Part shown: one piece after another, positions 47,623 to 57,239 of the stretch | How the letters are laid out: each line of letters begins with the position of its first letter | How positions within the stretch are numbered: the stretch's first letter is position 1 | Assembly (NCBI GenBank): GCA_963850905.1 | Contig: CAWKMU010000003.1 | Location: 2,400,001 to 2,464,000 of the forward strand | Length of the DNA stretch: 64,000 nucleotides | Direction of reading: 5' to 3' | Source: an uncultured Gemmatimonadales bacterium | GTDB taxonomy: Bacteria > Gemmatimonadota > Gemmatimonadetes > Gemmatimonadales > Gemmatimonadaceae | Notes under the pieces: model-generated | The model's input: only the letters and a program-made list of their open reading frames with translations | Told to the model about the DNA's origin: nothing | Databases searched by the model: none | Program-made: the position numbers and the translations under genes

Positions 47623-48594
47623 GTGCTCTCCGCCCGTTTCAAACCCTGGCACGTCCCGGCCTTCATCGCGAAGTACCTCTACCTGACCGCGATGCGGAAG
47701 CCGATCCTCGTGCATTTCGAGGTGACGCTCCGGTGTAATGCGCGGTGTGGGTTCTGCGACTACTGGCGCACGGATCCCGCGACTCGTGCCAGCGAGCAGG
47801 CGAGCTTTGCCGCCGCCGCGCGGTACTTCAATCCGCTCATGGTGACGTTCACGGGTGGCGAGCCGCTGCTCCGGCGTGACCTCGAGGATATCGTGCGAGG
47901 GGTCGCGGACGCGGTCGGTCTCGCCTATATCACGCTCATCACACATGGCGGGATGCTCACGGTCGAGCGAGCGCTCGCGCTCTGGGCTGCCGGCATCAAT
48001 CAGTTCAACATCTCGCTGGACTATCTCGATGGCCGCCACGATGCGGCTCGCGGGATTCCCAACCTCACCGCACGGATCTTCGATGTCGTGGACGGGATGC
48101 GCACCCGCGGGATCGACAGTGTCCGGTTCAATACGGTGATCCGGAACGACAATCTCGATCAGCTGCTCCCGATCGTGCAGCGGGCGGCCGAGTTGGGGTG
48201 CGGCGTCAACTTCAGCCTGTACACCGACACGAAGAACGGAAACCGTGAGTTCCTCCTCGATCCAGCGCAGCTCGGCCAGCTCGACGCCGTGATTGCCGCA
48301 CTTCTGGCCTACAAGCACGCCCGGCGCGGCGTGATCACCAGCTCGGACTACTACCTCGCACAGATCCCGCGGTTCGTGCGTGGCGAGGTGCGGGAGCCGT
48401 GTCAGTCGGGTATCCGCACCATCCACCTGGACCCGACGGGCCGGGTGAAACGGTGCCCTGACTTCCCGACCGACTTTCATTGGACTGAGTACCGTCGCTA
48501 CGCGCCCATTAGCTGTGCGGCCTGCTTCTACGCGTGTCGGGGTGAGGCGCAGGCCCCACTTCAGTGGTCGCGCGTGCGCGACGTCATGGCATGA
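47623..48594 (+). CDS. Radical SAM protein with C-terminal Cys-rich (SPASM/twitch-like) region
   Basis: CxxxCxxC (CNARCGFC), TFTGGEPLLR, C-terminal CQSG..DPTGRVKRC..CAACFYAC. Confidence 0.88.
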   Translation: MLSARFKPWHVPAFIAKYLYLTAMRKPILVHFEVTLRCNARCGFCDYWRTDPATRASEQASFAAAARYFNPLMVTFTGGEPLLRRDLEDIVRGVADAVGLAYITLITHGGMLTVERALALWAAGINQFNISLDYLDGRHDAARGIPNLTARIFDVVDGMRTRGIDSVRFNTVIRNDNLDQLLPIVQRAAELGCGVNFSLYTDTKNGNREFLLDPAQLGQLDAVIAALLAYKHARRGVITSSDYYLAQIPRFVRGEVREPCQSGIRTIHLDPTGRVKRCPDFPTDFHWTEYRRYAPISCAACFYACRGEAQAPLQWSRVRDVMA

Positions 48595-48619
48595 GCGGAC
48601 GACTGGCCGCTCGCGCGGC

Positions 48620-49888
48620 ATGACCCTGCTCTTTGTCGACGCGGCCCAGGTCGCGACGTGTGCGGGACCGGGTCGGGCACGACGAGGCCGCGAAATGGCG
48701 GATGCTGGGATCGTCCGCGATGCGGCTGTCGCAGTGGTCGAGGATCGCATCGTGGCGGTCGGTCCGCAGCCGGAGCTGGAACACCGCTATCCCGACGCGA
48801 GTCGCATCGATTGTCGCGGCGGGGTGCTGACACCCGGGCTCGTGGATTCGCACACCCATGCGATCTTCGGTCGCGCGCGCTACGACGAACAGGAGCGACG
48901 GGCGCTCGGCGCCGACTATCTCGCCATCGCCGCCGCAGGCGGTGGCATTCACGCGTCAGTCCGGGACCTGCGGGAGCGTTCCGAGGACGATCTGCTCGTG
49001 CTGGCGGAGGCCCGTATCCGGCGCCTCGCGTCGTACGGCACGACCACCGTCGAGGTGAAGTCGGGCTACGGTCTATCGGTGGACGACGAGCTCAAGATGT
49101 TGCGGGTGGCGGCGCGCGCCGCACAGACGCTGCCCATACGCATCGTGTCGACCTGGCTGGGTGCGCACGAGATCCCGATCGAGTTCCGCCAGCGCCCGAA
49201 CGGGCGCCGCGCCTACATCGATCTGTTGGTGAACGACATGTTGCCGTGCGTCGCTCGAGAACGGCTTGCGTCGTTCGCCGACGTGTTCTGCGAGCCAGGT
49301 GTGTTCACGGTCGCGGAGTCGCGCGAGATCCTGGAGGCGGCCCGTCGTGCGGGTCTCGGGGTCAAGATGCACGCCGACGAGTTGGCGGGGGGCGGGGGCG
49401 CGGAGCTGGCGGCGGCCTTGGGCGCGACGTCTGCGGATCACCTAGCCGCCATCTCCAGCGCGGGCGTTGCGGCTCTGGCCGAGTCGGCCACGATTGCCAC
49501 GTTGCTACCCGGCACGATGCTGTTCCTGGGGAAGTCGACTCACGGGCCGGCCCGCACCCTCATCGAGGCTGGGGCCGCCGTCGCGCTGGCTACGGATTTC
49601 AACCCGGGTACCTCGCCAACGGTCAACTTTCCCCTGATTCTCACCCTCGGCGTCAGCCAACTGCGTCTGTCAGTGGCCGAAGCGCTGATCGCAGCGACGG
49701 TTAACGGAGCGGCCGCGCTCGGGCTCGCCGGTAAAATCGGCCAGCTGGCACCGGGCTTTTCGGCCGATCTCGCCCTGTTCGATATTGAGGACGTGCGCGA
49801 GTTGCCGTATTGGTATGGCGACCGTCGTTGCCTGGCGACGTGGGCACGAGGCAAATCTTGTCGCCCATTTGACTTACCGGTACCTTAA
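48620..49888 (+). CDS. hutI: Imidazolonepropionase
   Basis: PGLVDSHTH, GTTTVEVKSGYGL, DVFCE, HADEL, SADHL, ATDFNPGTS. Confidence 0.96.
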   Translation: MTLLFVDAAQVATCAGPGRARRGREMADAGIVRDAAVAVVEDRIVAVGPQPELEHRYPDASRIDCRGGVLTPGLVDSHTHAIFGRARYDEQERRALGADYLAIAAAGGGIHASVRDLRERSEDDLLVLAEARIRRLASYGTTTVEVKSGYGLSVDDELKMLRVAARAAQTLPIRIVSTWLGAHEIPIEFRQRPNGRRAYIDLLVNDMLPCVARERLASFADVFCEPGVFTVAESREILEAARRAGLGVKMHADELAGGGGAELAAALGATSADHLAAISSAGVAALAESATIATLLPGTMLFLGKSTHGPARTLIEAGAAVALATDFNPGTSPTVNFPLILTLGVSQLRLSVAEALIAATVNGAAALGLAGKIGQLAPGFSADLALFDIEDVRELPYWYGDRRCLATWARGKSCRPFDLPVP

Positions 49889-50022
49889 TCAGTCTTGCGT
49901 GGGACGGGGTGTAGCCCGCTTCAGCCCATCCCACGCGTCCGCGCGTGTGGCCGGCTGTTGTCGGCTGCCCCTGTGGGCCGGCCAAACGCCGTCCCACGCC
50001 GACCGCCGCACACACACCGCTG

Positions 50023-53000
50023 ATGTCGAACGCTGCCAAGCTCAAGAAAAAGGCCGCTGAGTTCGAGCAGAAAAAGCAGTTCGACAAAGCCCTCCAGCTA
50101 TACATCCAGATTCTGGATGAGGGCGACGACGACGAGGGCGAAGGCGACGTCGCCCTCTACAACCGCGTCGGCGACCTGCTCATGCGGCAGGGCAACGTCG
50201 GCGACGCGATGACGTATTACGAAAAAGCCGTCGATCTGTACGCCGAGAGCGGCTTCTTCAACAACGCGATCGCGCTGTGTAACAAGATTCTCCGCCAGTC
50301 ACCGGGGCGGAACTCGGTGTATTACAAGCTTGGCAAGATCAGCGCGAAGAAGGGCTTCATCAGCGATGCCAAGCAGAACTTCCTCGAGTATGCGAGCCGC
50401 ATGCAGAGCAGCGGCCATCTCGACGAAGCATTTCGAGCGCTCAAGGAATTCGCCGACCTCTGTCCGGATCAGGATGACATCCGGTTGATGCTGGCCGAGC
50501 AGCTTTCCAAGAAGGATCGTAAGAAGGAAGCGCTCGAGCAGCTGCAGTTGCTGTACGAGAAGTTCGAGGCCGAGGGACGCGGCGAGGACATGCGTGCGAC
50601 CGTCAGCCGGATGCGGTCGATCGACCCCGCTGCTGAGCCGAAGACCGGTAGCGGTATCCGGAATCAGAAGTCGAGCGACCTCGTGTTCCTGGATCTGACG
50701 GACGGAGCATCGCAACCCGGTGCGCCGCCGGGTCGCGGTCAGGATAAGTCACGCTCAGGTCCGCCTCCGCGTCGTTCCGGTGAGGCTCGAAAGACGGTTC
50801 CTGTGCCCGCGGAGCCGGAGCCTGATGAACCACCGATGGATCTGCGACTGTCGGATCAGGGTGCCGAATCGCTGGCGCCACCCGAGGCTGAGGCAGAAGA
50901 CGACGATCTGCTGCCGCTGCCCCCGATGGAGGAGCCGCCACCTGTCGTCGAGGGATTCGAGAGCGACAGTCAGCGTGCGTCCGAAACGGCCGCCGAGCGC
51001 GAACGGGTGACTGGTTTCGAGCCGTCGGCTCTGGACGACGAGTTGTCCCAAGCGCTCGACGCGGCATTGCCGGACGTCGAGCCTCCGCTGAGCGGCCAGC
51101 AGTTCGCCGCTTTGAGGCTGTCGACTCCGCTCAACGTCCCGACGTTGATGCCGCCCGAGCACGACCTCGCGCTGCCTGGGCAGCTTCCTCCGATTGGCGG
51201 GGGTGCTCGGTCGATGCTGTCGCTCACCGACGAGATGGAACTGATCATACCGGACAGCGAAGACCCGGTATCATCGCCATTGCGATCAGGGGCGGGGAGC
51301 GCCGTCCCGCTCAGGTCCACCAGTCAGCCGCCGTTTCACGGGGCCGCCCCGGACGCGCCGTCCGATCCGCTCCCGCTGATCGGGGTCGACGGCGGTTCTC
51401 GCCAAGCGCCGCCGCCGTCGACCCCGCGTAGTGATGGCCTCACGTTCGTGGGAGGGGCCGAGCTCCTCGACATGCCGGATCTGGACGACGAGTCGGAGGA
51501 CGCCACCACCCCGCCACCCATCGTACGTGACCCAGCGAGCAAGCGACCGAGCTCACGCGTGCATCGTGAGGCACTGGCCGACGAGACGACGAGCCTGGCC
51601 GGTTGGCTGCACGAGGACGTTGAGCCGCAGGCGGGGGGAGCCAATGGGTCTACCCCATCGGGCGACGCCCTTCCTGATTTGCCGAAAACCGCCGCCGGGC
51701 ATCGACGGCGGTCCGACGCGGTCTCTCACTCAGCGCTGGCGCGTTCGGTGGACGCCCTCAAGGGGCAAGTCGAATCCGATCCCTCGAATTGGCAACTCCG
51801 TCGGCGATTGGCGGAAGCGTTGCTCGACGCCGGAGAACGCGAGGCGGGCGTTCAGGTACTCGAAGCGGCAATGGTGGGTCTCGAGCGAAGCCAGGACTTG
51901 GAGGGTGCGCGTTCGGTGGCCGACGAGATCATTCGCCTGATACCGAACTCGGTCCGCCACCATCAGAAGCGCGTGGAGTACGCGTTTCGCACGAGCGACC
52001 GTTCGCGGCTACCCCAGGCGTACCTGGAGCTGGCCGACGCGTTGTTTCGGTCCGGGCAGGCAGATAAGGCTCGGGCCGTCTATCAGCGGGTCTTGGAACT
52101 CGCGCCCGACGATCCGCGGGCGCAGGCCGCACTCAGTACCTTCGGCGACGACTTCATCGAGCCCCTGGACCTGCCTGAGCCGGACCTCCTGGAGCCAGAA
52201 GGGCCGGCGACAGGGGAGGACTCAACCGACGTGTTGCCATTGGTGCGTCCTCCTCAGTCGCCCAGCGCTGGCCCTAAAGCGGGCCGTCCGGGCGGACGAG
52301 GCGTCGTAGCGCCGTCAGCCGCGCCCACCGCGCCCGGTCGCAGCGGGTTGCGCATGCCGCCACCAGGTCCGGCCACGCTGCCAGAGCCGCTCGAGCCGTC
52401 GGACGGCCCTCCAGATGTGCGTCCAATCCGTCCCGAGCCACGCTCAGGCAAGGGGCCGGACGCCCCCGCGATCGCCCAGCCCGAACAGAAGCCGGCAGGC
52501 AAGGGGGACCCACGCCTGCCGGGGCGCGGCGGGCGAGCTCCGGCACCGGAGGCGAAGCCTGCTGCCAAGGCAGAAATCCGCCCAAATCCACCAGGCGGCG
52601 CTCCTCGCCTGCCGGCGAAAGGCCCGGCGGCGCCGCAGCGGCCACCTGGAGGGCTGACGGTACGGCCGGACGCGGGAGCTGCGAGCCCGGCGGCACCGGA
52701 CGGGATCGGCCGCGACTACGTCAACCTCGGCGATTGGCTGCGGGATGACGAAGGCCCGCGCTCGCTCCGCATGGTGGTCGAGGACGAGAAGCCGACTGGC
52801 GACGAGGCCGCGGACTTCGCGGACATGCTGCGTAGGTTCAAGCAAGGGATCGCCGAAAACGTGTCCGAGGAGGACCACGAAAGCCATTACGACCTCGGGG
52901 TGGCGTACAAGGAAATGGGGCTCGTCGATGAGGCCATTGCCGAGTTCCAGAAAGCGCTCCGGGGCAGAGACCGCGTGCGCACATACGAAGCGCTCGGCCA

Positions 53001-53238
53001 ATGTTTCATGGAAAAGGAACAGTTTACTGTGGCGGCGACGATTCTCAGCCGCGCGTTGACTGAACCGGGCGTGACCGACGATCAGCTAGTAGGCGTCCTG
53101 TATCTCCTGGGTTATGCTTCCGAGGCGCTGATGCGCTGGGAGGCTGCCGTGGGCTATTATCAACGCGTGTTTGCCGTCGATATTCGATTCCGGGACGCAG
53201 CCGAACGGCTCGCGGCGATTGAACGGACGTCGCGGTGA
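50023..53238 (+). CDS. Large TPR protein, SgmX-like
   Basis: N-terminal TPRs (LYNRVGDL, GFFNNAIALCNKILR), disordered linkers, C-terminal HYDLGVAYKEMGLVDEAIAEFQKA TPR block. Confidence 0.75.
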   Translation: MSNAAKLKKKAAEFEQKKQFDKALQLYIQILDEGDDDEGEGDVALYNRVGDLLMRQGNVGDAMTYYEKAVDLYAESGFFNNAIALCNKILRQSPGRNSVYYKLGKISAKKGFISDAKQNFLEYASRMQSSGHLDEAFRALKEFADLCPDQDDIRLMLAEQLSKKDRKKEALEQLQLLYEKFEAEGRGEDMRATVSRMRSIDPAAEPKTGSGIRNQKSSDLVFLDLTDGASQPGAPPGRGQDKSRSGPPPRRSGEARKTVPVPAEPEPDEPPMDLRLSDQGAESLAPPEAEAEDDDLLPLPPMEEPPPVVEGFESDSQRASETAAERERVTGFEPSALDDELSQALDAALPDVEPPLSGQQFAALRLSTPLNVPTLMPPEHDLALPGQLPPIGGGARSMLSLTDEMELIIPDSEDPVSSPLRSGAGSAVPLRSTSQPPFHGAAPDAPSDPLPLIGVDGGSRQAPPPSTPRSDGLTFVGGAELLDMPDLDDESEDATTPPPIVRDPASKRPSSRVHREALADETTSLAGWLHEDVEPQAGGANGSTPSGDALPDLPKTAAGHRRRSDAVSHSALARSVDALKGQVESDPSNWQLRRRLAEALLDAGEREAGVQVLEAAMVGLERSQDLEGARSVADEIIRLIPNSVRHHQKRVEYAFRTSDRSRLPQAYLELADALFRSGQADKARAVYQRVLELAPDDPRAQAALSTFGDDFIEPLDLPEPDLLEPEGPATGEDSTDVLPLVRPPQSPSAGPKAGRPGGRGVVAPSAAPTAPGRSGLRMPPPGPATLPEPLEPSDGPPDVRPIRPEPRSGKGPDAPAIAQPEQKPAGKGDPRLPGRGGRAPAPEAKPAAKAEIRPNPPGGAPRLPAKGPAAPQRPPGGLTVRPDAGAASPAAPDGIGRDYVNLGDWLRDDEGPRSLRMVVEDEKPTGDEAADFADMLRRFKQGIAENVSEEDHESHYDLGVAYKEMGLVDEAIAEFQKALRGRDRVRTYEALGQCFMEKEQFTVAATILSRALTEPGVTDDQLVGVLYLLGYASEALMRWEAAVGYYQRVFAVDIRFRDAAERLAAIERTSR

Positions 53239-54284
53239 CCATGCACCTCCCGCTCCCCCGAACGGAAAAGGCACGTGACCGGGCACGCCCAGGCGTGCGA
53301 TCGACCGCAGGATCACCGACGCTGGCACAGATTCAGGCGCCTGTCGTCGAAGATCTCGAGCACGTTCGAAGCGAGCTGCTGCGGATCGTGGATGACGACT
53401 CCCCGCTGATCGGTGGCCTGAATGGCCATCTCATGGGGATGAAGGGCAAGCTGTTCCGTCCGACGCTCGTCCTTCTCTCGAACGCAGTCGCAGCTCAGCC
53501 AAGGCCGATTGCGACGACGCTCGCGGCGGTGCTCGAGTTGATGCACGTCGCGACCCTCGTCCACGACGATGCAGTCGATCATTCCGCGCTGCGCCGCGGC
53601 ATGCCGACGCTGAACGCGCTGTTCAGTAACCAGCTGTCGGTGATCGCCGGCGATTTTCTCTACTTGCGAGCGCTGCGCGAATTGTCCAGGTTGGGCGACC
53701 TCGATGCGTTGCGCGTGCTCACCGAGGCGTCCGTGCGGATGACGCGCGGCGAGTTGCTGCAGCTGGCGACGCTCGATCCGTTGCAGTTTGCCGAAAGTGA
53801 CTACAACGGGCTGATCGAAGCCAAGACGGGTTCGCTATTTGGCGCGGCGTGCGCGCTGGGCGGGTTGTGTGGGGCGCCGGCACACCGGTCCGAATTGACG
53901 CGGTATGGCGAGCGATTGGGGATGGCCTTTCAGATCGTCGACGACCTGCTCGACTACACGGCGGATCAGCAGATCACTGGAAAGCCAAGTGGTCTCGATC
54001 TGCGTGAGCGAAAAATGACGCTGCCATTGATCGCAGCGATGCCGAAGATGGGCCCTCAAGGCCGGCGCGTGGTCGAACGGTTCTTCGCCACGGAAACGCC
54101 GACCGATGCGGACATCCAGCAAGTCATCGACCTGGCGACTGCGCACGGCGGACTTGCTTATGCGCGCCAGCGCGCTGAAGAGCTTGCGCAGGAAGCCGAG
54201 GAGTGCCTGGCCGGCCTCCCGGACACACCGGCGAGGGGCGCCTTGTACGACGCGATTACGTACGTGTTGGAGCGGCGTTCGTGA
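53235..54284 (+). CDS. Polyprenyl diphosphate synthase (IspB-like)
   Basis: GKLFRP, HVATLVHDDAVD..RRG, AKTGSLF, AFQIVDDLLD. Confidence 0.92.
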   Translation: MTMHLPLPRTEKARDRARPGVRSTAGSPTLAQIQAPVVEDLEHVRSELLRIVDDDSPLIGGLNGHLMGMKGKLFRPTLVLLSNAVAAQPRPIATTLAAVLELMHVATLVHDDAVDHSALRRGMPTLNALFSNQLSVIAGDFLYLRALRELSRLGDLDALRVLTEASVRMTRGELLQLATLDPLQFAESDYNGLIEAKTGSLFGAACALGGLCGAPAHRSELTRYGERLGMAFQIVDDLLDYTADQQITGKPSGLDLRERKMTLPLIAAMPKMGPQGRRVVERFFATETPTDADIQQVIDLATAHGGLAYARQRAEELAQEAEECLAGLPDTPARGALYDAITYVLERRS

Positions 54285-54565
54285 TGGCGCCGCGTGGCTC
54301 GTCGAAACACCGCCCAGTCTTCCACGCGGTGGTGTTGGCCTGCGGTTTCATCGTTGGTGGGTTCCTGACTCAATTCGCCCGACGGTTCCTCCCCGCCGGC
54401 GCCGTCAAGGAATTCCTGACAACGGGCGTGACCCCCACGTTCGGCCCCTTTCAGATCGACTTGGTTATCTTGCGATTTGCGCTGGGCCCGTTGGCCCTCG
54501 ATGTTTGCCTGTTGAGCCTCCTGGGAGTATTGATCGCGTATCTGATCGCGCGGTCGTTGTTTTAG
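54284..54565 (+). CDS. Small membrane protein (DUF4321-like)
   Basis: 93 aa, two hydrophobic segments, IDLVILRFALG motif; ATG overlaps the upstream TGA. Confidence 0.65.
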   Translation: MAPRGSSKHRPVFHAVVLACGFIVGGFLTQFARRFLPAGAVKEFLTTGVTPTFGPFQIDLVILRFALGPLALDVCLLSLLGVLIAYLIARSLF

Positions 54566-54615
54566 GGCAGGGGCCAGGGGTCGGGGATCAGGGTCCGGGA
54601 ACAGTGAACCACAAC
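54566..54615 (+). repeat. Isolated left heptamer arm (half element)
   Basis: caggggc caggggt cggggat cagggtc cgggaa..aaccacaac, directly after TAG. Confidence 0.65.
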
Positions 54616-54780
54616 TGGCTCTGGCGGAGGGATGGTGGGCATATCGCCATTTAGCAGTTCATCCGGAGCTCGGTAGTCAACGTTGCCGTGCAGTGCATCG
54701 CATGGATGACCGTGCGGTCTGACTTTCAATGCCTGGATCGTCGCCGCTGAGGCGGCGCAGCGTCCGGGGGAGTGACACCG

Positions 54781-55047
54781 ATGGGTGATATTGGCTTCGA
54801 AAAAATCCTGCTGATTCTGCTGGTCGTGTTGCTGCTCTTCGGCGCACGCCGAATCCCGGAGCTCGCCGGGTCGATGGGCAAAGGCATCCGCGAGTTCAAG
54901 AAGAATCTGTCCGATCCTGATCGCGCCTCGCGCGACAATGCGTCGCTGCAGTCCGACTCACCCGCCGATCGCGTGAACGCGCCGCCTCCGGCGACGCCCG
55001 CTGCGCGCGAAGGGTCTGAGCCGGAGCCGAAGCGGTTGTTGCGGTGA
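54781..55047 (+). CDS. tatA: Twin-arginine translocase TatA/E
   Basis: IGFEKILLILLVVLLLFGARRIPELAGSMGKGIREFKK. Confidence 0.95.
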   Translation: MGDIGFEKILLILLVVLLLFGARRIPELAGSMGKGIREFKKNLSDPDRASRDNASLQSDSPADRVNAPPPATPAAREGSEPEPKRLLR

Positions 55048-55048
55048 A

Positions 55049-55164
55049 GCTAGACGCTGGACGCTAGACGCTGGACGCTGGAAGAAAAACCTCGAGGGCC
55101 AGCACCGCGCCTGGCCCTCGAGGTTTCTTTTCTAGCGCCCAGCGTCCAGCGTCTAACGTCTAGC
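55049..55164. repeat. Near-perfect palindromic element, GACGCTG-arm type; probable bidirectional terminator
   Basis: gctagacgctggacgctagacgctggacgctggaagaaaaacctcgagggccag-caccgcgc-ctggccctcgaggtttcttttctagcgcccagcgtccagcgtctaacgtctagc between convergent stops. Confidence 0.9.
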
Positions 55165-55166
55165 CC

Positions 55167-57005
55167 TTACGTCGCACTCTTCTGCGCGGCCGCTTCGACC
55201 GCCTTGCGGTTGTCGGTGACGCTAGCGATTTCGCGGAGATCGCTAAGGAACTCCTCGACCCGCTGACGTCGCAGATCACGCAGCACGCTCTGGCGCTGAT
55301 CGTCCTTCTGCTTGACCCAGGCGGCGCTGTCTGCCGGCACGCGGCGGTCCACGTGAATCACGAAGACGGCGGACGAGGTCTTGATCGGGTCGCTCACCTT
55401 GCCGACCGGTAGCCCGAACGCCGCGCCGATCACCTCATTCATCCGGCCGACGTCCGGCACATAGCTGGTCGGCGTGAAGGTGGGTGATGCGACCACCGTC
55501 AGCTTCGCGTCCTTGGCCGCCTGCTCCAGCGATGTCGCCGACGCCTTCTTCGCCAGATTGCCGGCGGGTGTCATGAGCACATCCAGCGCTTTCTGTGCGG
55601 CGACGAGCTTCCGCAGGGTCGGCTGCGCTTCGGCGAAAGAGGGGAGCCCGCCGGGAGTCAGGGAATCGAGCCGAGCGAGGTAGAAGCCATCAGAGCCCTC
55701 GTAGAGCTCGCTCGACTCTCCTGGCTTCGCATTGCCGAACGCCCATGTGCCGACGCTCGGCACCTGATGCCCGTTCCAGAACACTGGCGTGCCCTCGGTG
55801 ACGTGCACGGTCCCCGCAGTCAGGCCCATCGCGCGAACGGCGTGGTCGAATTGCGCGGGCGCATCCTGTTGAGCGCCCATGCGCTCGAGCGAATCGGCCC
55901 GACCGTTGAGGCGGGCGGCCGACGAGTCACTCTGTTGAATGCGAAGCAGAATGTGACTGAACAACGCCGAGTCGCCTTGGCGCTGGTCCATTCTGATGAG
56001 GTGGTATCCAAACGGGGTCAGGACCGGACCGGACACTTCACCTGGCTTGAGCGCCCACGCCGCGCTTTCGAACTGCGGGACGAATCGGCCGTGCTTCCCC
56101 CAGCCGAGCGAACCACCTTGCGCAGCGGAGGCCGAATCGCTGGACTCGCGCTTTGCGACGTCGGCGAACTTGGCGCCCTTCTCGATCTCCGCTCGAACTG
56201 CGAGAAGGTGTGCGAGTGTTGCGGCAGAGTCCGCGGGCGTGATGATCCGCGGAAGCATGACGATCGACAGGACCGCCTGGCCCTTCCGAGTCAACTCCTC
56301 CTTATGCGTGTTGTAGTACGCCTGCAGGTCCGCTTGCGTGATGGTGGCAGCCGCCTCGGTCGCCGAATCCGGCGCGAAGCGAACGAACGAGATGCGCGCC
56401 GAGTCATGGGTGTCGCGCCAGAAGCTCCAGAGCTGCTGGTCGGTGACGTAGACGCCCGCCGCGATCTGCTCGTACAATTTCTCGCGCGGAATTTCCTGGC
56501 GATACATGGCCTCGAGGCCGTTGAGGAACCCCTGCTCCTTGGCCATCGGGCTGCTCAGGAACCGCAGGTATTTCTGCTGGTCGAACTTGCCGTCCGTCTG
56601 CAACTGCGGTGCGCTCAAGAGATCTGGTGGCGGGCTGGTGCGCGCGGCCTCGATGATCTCTCCGTCCGTGACGCCGATGTGGCGCCGAGCCAACTCCTGA
56701 TCGAGCAGGATGTTGTTGACCAGCTCATCGAACACTTGCTGCTCGAGCTGCTCGCGCTCATCCAGGGTCAGTTGGCGGCCCAGGCGCTGGGTCGCTTCCT
56801 GGTCCCGCTGGGTGATCACCCGCTGCCAGTCGAGCAGGGAGATGTCACGCCCGTTGACCTTGGCTACTGCGGAAGTCGCGGTAGCCGGCCCCCGCGTGGA
56901 TAGTCCTGACGTCTCGTAGAACAGGAAGATGAAAACGAACGGGATGGCGATTCCGGCGATCCAAATTAAGTATCTGGTGCCGCTGCTACGCATCGCTTGC
57001 AGCAC
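55167..57005 (-). CDS. PpiD/SurA-family membrane-anchored peptidyl-prolyl isomerase
   Basis: MLQAMRS + TM, VAKVNG SurA_N domain, parvulin GGSLGW..FVPQFESAAW..PVLTPFGYHLI. Confidence 0.88.
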   Translation of the reverse strand: MLQAMRSSGTRYLIWIAGIAIPFVFIFLFYETSGLSTRGPATATSAVAKVNGRDISLLDWQRVITQRDQEATQRLGRQLTLDEREQLEQQVFDELVNNILLDQELARRHIGVTDGEIIEAARTSPPPDLLSAPQLQTDGKFDQQKYLRFLSSPMAKEQGFLNGLEAMYRQEIPREKLYEQIAAGVYVTDQQLWSFWRDTHDSARISFVRFAPDSATEAAATITQADLQAYYNTHKEELTRKGQAVLSIVMLPRIITPADSAATLAHLLAVRAEIEKGAKFADVAKRESSDSASAAQGGSLGWGKHGRFVPQFESAAWALKPGEVSGPVLTPFGYHLIRMDQRQGDSALFSHILLRIQQSDSSAARLNGRADSLERMGAQQDAPAQFDHAVRAMGLTAGTVHVTEGTPVFWNGHQVPSVGTWAFGNAKPGESSELYEGSDGFYLARLDSLTPGGLPSFAEAQPTLRKLVAAQKALDVLMTPAGNLAKKASATSLEQAAKDAKLTVVASPTFTPTSYVPDVGRMNEVIGAAFGLPVGKVSDPIKTSSAVFVIHVDRRVPADSAAWVKQKDDQRQSVLRDLRRQRVEEFLSDLREIASVTDNRKAVEAAAQKSAT

Positions 57006-57239
57006 TGAGCGAACTCCTCGGCCAATCGATTCTTAGGTGATGCGGCGTACGCCGCGTCGAGGGCGAAGCATCACTGCGCACGCCCCTTGGCTTTCAGGTC
57101 GCAAGCTACCGGCCGCCGAGGGCTAAGGTCAAGGGATGGCGGCACTTCTGGTGTCACCTCGATTGACGTCGGTCGTCTTGGATGAGTATCTTCACCCGCG
57201 TCCCTGCCGCCCTCATGCGCGGCGCTTCCGAGGGAGTCG

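Noticed and set aside
54616..54780. Riboswitch or ncRNA in the tatA leader (also 49889-50022 and 57006-57239)
   Set aside because: I recognised no known Rfam motif by eye; an Infernal cmscan would be needed
55049..55164. Integron attC sites (arms contain GTCTAAC = RYYYAAC and GCTAGAC/GTTAGA resembling GTTRRRY)
   Set aside because: The order is the reverse of attC (GTT-like unit left, AAC-like unit right), the units are tandemly repeated, the flanking genes are housekeeping, and no integrase is present
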